From: a virus
DNA length: 30,012 bases
IMG/VR virus record: IMGVR_UViG_2886395505_000001
Span: 1 to 30,012 of that record
Direction: 5' to 3' (one strand)
Shown here: piece by piece, positions 26,714 to 30,012 of the stretch
Layout of the letters: each line of letters starts with the position of its first letter
Position numbering within the stretch: position 1 is the first letter of the stretch
Program-made: the position numbers and the translations under genes
The notes under the pieces: model-generated
What the model saw: the letters and a program-made list of their open reading frames with translations, nothing else
Told to the model about the DNA's origin: nothing
The model's database searches: none

Positions 26714-26972
26714 TAATATATCCTCCCAATAAATTTTCTTTATCTCTCAATACTTTTTCTTCTGATTTTTCGAAATAGTCTTTAGTTAGCTTCAAAACGA
26801 TATTTTGTTTTGGTAAAGTCATACTTTTAGTGTATCTTTTAAAAACTCCAACGCTGTATCCGCCAAAACGTTTTGAAGTAACAACAACCATATCCCCCTC
26901 TTTTAAGTCTCTATCATTTGTAAAATATGAATATTCTTTGTTAACATTCTCGAAGCTAACCATAGCATTCAT
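26694..26972 (-). CDS. hypothetical protein (92 aa)
   Basis: SD TAGGAGGAAAA lies upstream of the ATG at 26972. No motif was recognised. Confidence 0.6.
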   Translation of the reverse strand: MNAMVSFENVNKEYSYFTNDRDLKEGDMVVVTSKRFGGYSVGVFKRYTKSMTLPKQNIVLKLTKDYFEKSEEKVLRDKENLLGGYINEKSSL

Positions 26973-27028
26973 ATAATTTTCCTCCTATTGAAATTTTTAT
27001 TAATTCATGTAATAATATACTTGTATTT

Positions 27029-27280
27029 TTATTTTCTAAGCTGTGTTTGTCGACATGGCTTTTTTGTTCTTTCGTAATGTTTATTTGCTTCACTTAAAAT
27101 CAATTTATCTATATCAATAGAACATTCTTTTTTAAGCATCGCTCTTATATCTGATTTTTGAAAATATATCTCCATTTTGTAATCTGACATATGTTCCATT
27201 AAGTTACTTATAAAATTAGTAATTCTAACTTTCCCCCAGTCATACTTGATACGAAGTACGCTCGCTGTTAACAGTAACAA
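27029..27280 (-). CDS. hypothetical protein; annotated start (TTG) doubtful. Likely begins at ATG 27371 in another frame and needs a +1 shift in an A8 run
   Basis: The frame is open from 27364 downward but has no ATG or SD. The strong SD AAAGGAGGTG (27378..27387) plus ATG (27371..27369) opens only a 16-codon ORF that ends just past A8 (27332..27339). See the finding covering 27029..27387. Confidence 0.45.
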   Translation of the reverse strand: MLLLTASVLRIKYDWGKVRITNFISNLMEHMSDYKMEIYFQKSDIRAMLKKECSIDIDKLILSEANKHYERTKKPCRQTQLRK

Positions 27281-27354
27281 TTCTTCTAATAAATCACTTC
27301 TCGCCTCTAATCGCTCATACTCAATACGTTCTTTTTTTTGGTAGTTTTGTTCTT

Positions 27355-27624
27355 TTAATCTTCCTTACCATTATTCTCACCTCCTTTCATTTCTAAAACT
27401 AAACTTCTCATCTCCTTTACTGTTAATCCTAGTATTTTTCTAAGGCGATGTGTGTTATATTTTGTTAGTGGTTTTCCAGCACGACTACAACACTGACTAA
27501 CGTATTGCATATCCTGCGGAGTATGATTTCTTATTAAAAATACTCTTTGTCTTGCATTTTTAATACCTCTTTTCTTTTCTAGAAACCTTATAAAATCCCC
27601 TAATACGTATTTATCAGTATTCAT
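27355..27624 (-). CDS. hypothetical protein (89 aa), possibly DNA-binding
   Basis: It overlaps the MazG-like gene end by 11 nt. It is basic, and the LRKILGLTVKEMRSLV segment is HTH-like. No firm motif was recognised. Confidence 0.55.
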   Translation of the reverse strand: MNTDKYVLGDFIRFLEKKRGIKNARQRVFLIRNHTPQDMQYVSQCCSRAGKPLTKYNTHRLRKILGLTVKEMRSLVLEMKGGENNGKED

Positions 27625-28138
27625 CTTTTACAAAACTCCCATTAACTATCTTACCTGTCCTTTTACTGTTTTTCTCGATAGCTAAGCTTAAAGCATAACT
27701 CAAATTAGAATCAGCATTAATAACAATTCTATTTAATGTGTTTAACAGTTCTTTTACTGCAAATAAATTAAATTTTTTAGTCATATTCCAAGTAAATAAA
27801 ATATCTGTATATTTTATATATAAATCCAAAACTAAATCTGTATAATGTTTTGCTCCTTTAACTGTATAAAATTTAATTTTTAAGAAATTTTCAAGTGTCT
27901 TATCTCTGTCTTTAGTATGTAAATAATCACTAATTATTAAAGTAACAATCACATCTCCTGCTTCGGAAAAGACTTTACCACGGCTACTTAAACTCTTGTG
28001 AGTTAGTACTAACTCTGTACATAATTCATTAACTTCCTCTCCGACTTTCATTAGCTGTTTATCATATATAAACTCATTTAGTGCATCTTTATCATCTGCC
28101 CAATCTAAAACTTTATTAATTAATTCTTTTTTTAACAT
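27614..28138 (-). CDS. MazG-like all-alpha NTP pyrophosphohydrolase
   Basis: KVGEEVNELCTE and EAGDVIVTLI match the EExxE / ExxD metal-binding helices of the MazG/dCTPase-like family. 174 aa. Confidence 0.55.
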   Translation of the reverse strand: MLKKELINKVLDWADDKDALNEFIYDKQLMKVGEEVNELCTELVLTHKSLSSRGKVFSEAGDVIVTLIISDYLHTKDRDKTLENFLKIKFYTVKGAKHYTDLVLDLYIKYTDILFTWNMTKKFNLFAVKELLNTLNRIVINADSNLSYALSLAIEKNSKRTGKIVNGSFVKDEY

Positions 28139-28150
28139 CGTGTCCTCCTT

Positions 28151-28447
28151 TTACTTAAAATGTATCTTCTTTGGTCTTAATTTATCTCTGACACTTTCAC
28201 TTTTTGCGTCAAAAGAATATGAAATTATAATAATATTTAAAGTTAGTAAAAATAGCGTTGTTATCGATAATTCAGTTGTTAACATTGATGTAGAACCAAT
28301 ACCGAAAACTAAACCTCTGAAAAAACTCATTTTTCTTTTAACTTTGTTTGTATCTTTAAAAATTCTATTAAAATTTTGATTAAATCTTTTTTTAGACCTG
28401 TGCACTTTCTTTGTGCTCATTGGGCTATTAACAAATGCTCTGTTCAT
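28151..28447 (-). CDS. small membrane protein (highly basic N-terminus plus two hydrophobic helices)
   Basis: SD TAGGAG lies 6 nt before the ATG, which abuts the upstream stop. FFRGLVFGIGSTSMLTT and TTLFLLTLNIIIISY are hydrophobic spans. Confidence 0.6.
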   Translation of the reverse strand: MNRAFVNSPMSTKKVHRSKKRFNQNFNRIFKDTNKVKRKMSFFRGLVFGIGSTSMLTTELSITTLFLLTLNIIIISYSFDAKSESVRDKLRPKKIHFK

Positions 28448-28448
28448 G

Positions 28449-28775
28449 TTATGCTCCTATTAATTTATATTGTTTCACAACTTCTTGTGAAAAAGGTTTG
28501 ATTAGTTTTCTCAATCTTTTATCTTGAAACTTGTTTTTATTCGATAGGAAGTATAAAAATGGATATGTAAAACAAATTATGCTATGTCCATCGATTATCA
28601 AGCTTTCCTTAGGACAATATCCTTCATTTATAAACTCTTGAAACTTATTCAAATATCTTCTTAATTTCGCATCGCTGACACCTTTTCCAGTTTCAACTTC
28701 CAACACTTTAATAATTTCACTTTTGTTTAATATGGGTATTTTCTTACCCAGGTTTACTATCTCAAGTACTGTCAT
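28449..28775 (-). CDS. hypothetical protein (108 aa)
   Basis: SD AAGGAGGA lies upstream. It is the second gene after the Cro-like gene. No firm motif was recognised. Confidence 0.6.
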   Translation of the reverse strand: MTVLEIVNLGKKIPILNKSEIIKVLEVETGKGVSDAKLRRYLNKFQEFINEGYCPKESLIIDGHSIICFTYPFLYFLSNKNKFQDKRLRKLIKPFSQEVVKQYKLIGA

Positions 28776-28789
28776 TGTTTTATCCTCCT

Positions 28790-28984
28790 TTATTTAAAAA
28801 CATTTAAATCTATATCTAGTTCTCTAGCTATTTTGACTGTATCGCTAAATTTTGGCGATTCAACTTTGTTATTAGCAATTTTATACAAGAGTGGTTGACT
28901 AATTCCTGTCAGTTTAGATAACTTGTATCTGCTTATTCCTTTTTCTTTTAATTTTTCATTCATTATGTTACGAAATTTATCCAT
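28790..28984 (-). CDS. Cro-like XRE-family HTH regulator (64 aa)
   Basis: GISRYKLSKLTGISQPLLYKIANNK is an HTH_3 sequence. SD AAGGAGAAG is present. It is the first gene leftward of the divergent promoter region. Confidence 0.8.
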   Translation of the reverse strand: MDKFRNIMNEKLKEKGISRYKLSKLTGISQPLLYKIANNKVESPKFSDTVKIARELDIDLNVFK

Positions 28985-28988
28985 CTCT

Positions 28989-29018
28989 TTGACTTCTCCT
29001 TTTTTAAAATGTTATAAT
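28989..29018 (+). promoter_or_regulatory. sigma-70/SigA-type promoter with an extended -10, driving the plus-strand gene
   Basis: TTGACT (28989..28994), an 18-nt spacer, then TGtTATAAT (TG at 29010-11, TATAAT at 29013..29018). Confidence 0.6.
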
Positions 29019-29040
29019 TATGTTAAGTATTCTAAGTAAA
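29011..29040 (-). promoter_or_regulatory. candidate leftward promoter for the Cro-like operon, with a -10 overlapping the rightward -10
   Basis: The minus strand reads TTTACT (29040..29035), an 18-nt spacer, then TATAAC (29016..29011). This is a weaker match to consensus. Confidence 0.3.
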
Positions 29041-29108
29041 ACCTTTTCAAAATTAAAATCTTAGAATAAATTTTATAAAGAAAGGAGTGTGTGATATGTT
29101 AAGTATTC
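29020..29108. repeat. putative operator repeats: a perfect 13-bp direct repeat ATGTTAAGTATTC (x2) and a 9-bp inverted repeat
   Basis: ATGTTAAGTATTC occurs at 29020..29032 and at 29096..29108. TATTCTAAG at 29029..29037 is the reverse complement of CTTAGAATA at 29060..29068. Confidence 0.6.
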
Positions 29109-29587
29109 AAAGACAAGAGATGATTTTAAAAGTGATTGAGTATCAATTAAATTCAACTTTAAAGGACATTTATGTAAAATTAAATCTTATCCTCGATTTA
29201 AACGGTAAGTTAATAAAAGCTACAACGTTCAAAAACTATAAATCTGATTTAAAAACTGTATCTGAAATTATGTCAGATAATCATTTAAAACGTTATGTAT
29301 ATTCTAGCGTTTATCTACCTTCATATGCTGAATTAAATTTACCTGAATTTCATTCCTTATTTTTAGCAAGAACTTATAGTTTTGATAAAAATATATTTAA
29401 AGAAAAATTATTAGAACTTATCTCACTTGAAACATCATTTCAGCTAGATATGAAATCAAAACAAGATTACAATTATCTATATAATCTTGAATATCTTGAA
29501 ACAAATACTGAACTTGATATTTACAAACTATCTGATAAAGATGTTTTTCGAATTGTATCTATAGACGTTCAAGAAGAATTATTATAA
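29096..29587 (+). CDS. hypothetical protein (163 aa from ATG 29096); the only credible plus-strand gene. Candidate non-canonical repressor or prophage-expressed moron
   Basis: SD AAAGGAG (29082..29087) lies 8 nt before ATG 29096. The track starts 3 codons earlier at a GTG. The strong promoter lies upstream. The N-terminus RQEMILKVIEYQLNSTLKDIYVKL may be a winged helix. No XRE HTH was recognised. Confidence 0.65.
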   Translation: MLSIQRQEMILKVIEYQLNSTLKDIYVKLNLILDLNGKLIKATTFKNYKSDLKTVSEIMSDNHLKRYVYSSVYLPSYAELNLPEFHSLFLARTYSFDKNIFKEKLLELISLETSFQLDMKSKQDYNYLYNLEYLETNTELDIYKLSDKDVFRIVSIDVQEELL

Positions 29588-29809
29588 ATTCACTTGTTCA
29601 GATTTATATTCTAGCGTATGATATGTAAACTCTAATATTTTATAGCACTCAAGATATGATAGCTTTTCATTTTCAAAAATAGTGATTATTTCATTTGCAA
29701 TGGGTGCTATTTTTTCATTTAAATATCTAGTCTGCGGTTCTTTTGCAGTTGGAAATTTGTGTTCTGTGATTCTTTCTAACATTTCTCTTATTTCTGGTTT
29801 CAATTTCAT
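29582..29809 (-). CDS. hypothetical protein (75 aa)
   Basis: SD AAAGGAGAAAAAA precedes the ATG at 29809. The 3' end overlaps the convergent plus-strand gene by 6 nt. Confidence 0.6.
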   Translation of the reverse strand: MKLKPEIREMLERITEHKFPTAKEPQTRYLNEKIAPIANEIITIFENEKLSYLECYKILEFTYHTLEYKSEQVNL

Positions 29810-29824
29810 TTTTTTCTCCTTTAT

Positions 29825-30012
29825 TTAAAATTCTCTTTCTACTGTAGGTTTAATACCTAAACCTTTCAATAACTCATAAATGAAGAATCTTCCTTTTTGC
29901 GTCCAGTAAGTATGTAAAACTGACTTTCTACCACCATCTAGATCACTAGTTTTAGATTGTGTATAACCTTTATCGGCATAGTTTCTATATAGTAACCAAA
30001 CGTTCCCTTGCT
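29825..30012 (-). CDS. C-terminal end of an upstream gene cut by the window edge; KilAC-like antirepressor C-terminus (tentative)
   Basis: My translation is ..QGNVWLLYRNYADKGYTQSKTSDLDGGRKSVLHTYWTQKGRFFIYELLKGLGIKPTVEREF*, with the stop at 29827..29825. The ..WT.KGR.FI.ELL ending resembles KilAC domain C-termini. Confidence 0.4.
   Translation of the reverse strand, partial: QGNVWLLYRNYADKGYTQSKTSDLDGGRKSVLHTYWTQKGRFFIYELLKGLGIKPTVEREF

Noticed and set aside
26988-27016. Plus-strand promoter-like element TTGAAA-17-(TGt)AATAAT pointing antisense into the 83-aa gene
   Set aside because: No plus-strand ORF or structured RNA is visible downstream. Matches of this quality are expected by chance in DNA this AT-rich. 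It is kept only as a possible antisense promoter.
28140-28379. Plus-strand 79-aa hydrophobic ORF
   Set aside because: The opposite (minus) ORF has a TAGGAG SD and stop/start coupling to its upstream gene. The plus ORF has neither and would be a second, unsupported plus-strand gene inside a minus-strand operon.
29020-29064. 14-codon mini-ORF (MLSILSKTFSKLKS*) that duplicates the first four codons of the plus-strand gene
   Set aside because: Its ATG begins 2 nt after the -10 box, so it would not be contained in the transcript from that promoter. It has no SD. The duplication is better explained as an operator repeat.
1-30012. Looked for tRNA/rRNA genes, an integrase with att sites, holin-endolysin genes, introns or homing endonucleases, and reverse transcriptase/DGR elements
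   Set aside because: I recognised none in any frame or strand. The lysis and integration modules, if present, must lie outside this window, so a temperate lifestyle is inferred only from the Cro-like/antirepressor context.

Overview
Visibly AT-rich ~30 kb segment of a siphovirus-type (long non-contractile tail) phage or prophage, probably from a low-GC Gram-positive (Bacillota-like) host. The host cannot be named from the sequence alone. Every credible gene except one lies on the minus strand, so the functional order runs right to left. (1) ~30.0->26.0 kb holds early and regulatory genes. These include a KilAC-like antirepressor C-terminus cut by the window edge, a Cro-like HTH gene beside a compact divergent promoter/operator region, one lone plus-strand gene, a MazG-like NTP pyrophosphohydrolase and many small unknown ORFs. 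(2) ~25.9->18.5 kb is a replication/recombination module. It contains an SNF2 helicase, a VRR-NUC nuclease, a Cas4-like PD-(D/E)XK nuclease fused to a Sak4/AAA_24 ATPase, a DUF669 protein, a compact family-B-like DNA polymerase with no recognisable exonuclease domain, an XRE HTH protein, an NrdH-like glutaredoxin and a prim-pol/P4-type primase-helicase. (3) 18.53->18.30 kb is an iteron plus AT-rich region that is a candidate replication origin or regulatory hub. (4) 18.3->11.5 kb carries an ArpU/RinA-like late regulator, TerS, TerL (PBSX type), portal, MuF/SPP1-gp7 protein, scaffold, major capsid protein and neck proteins. (5) 10.1->0 kb carries the major tail protein, G/GT chaperones with a canonical A_AAA_AAG -1 slippery site, a 1320-aa tape measure, Dit, Tal, a tail protein with a full metallophosphoesterase motif set, a candidate receptor-binding protein and the start of a small hydrophobic protein. 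I recognised no rRNA, tRNA, CRISPR array, integrase or lysin in this window. The most unusual items are the exonuclease-less PolB-like gene, the tail metallophosphoesterase, the nuclease-Sak4 fusion, the iteron cluster, the lone plus-strand gene with its switch region, and two ORFs without their own start signals that become continuous with an upstream start by a +1 shift inside an A-run.
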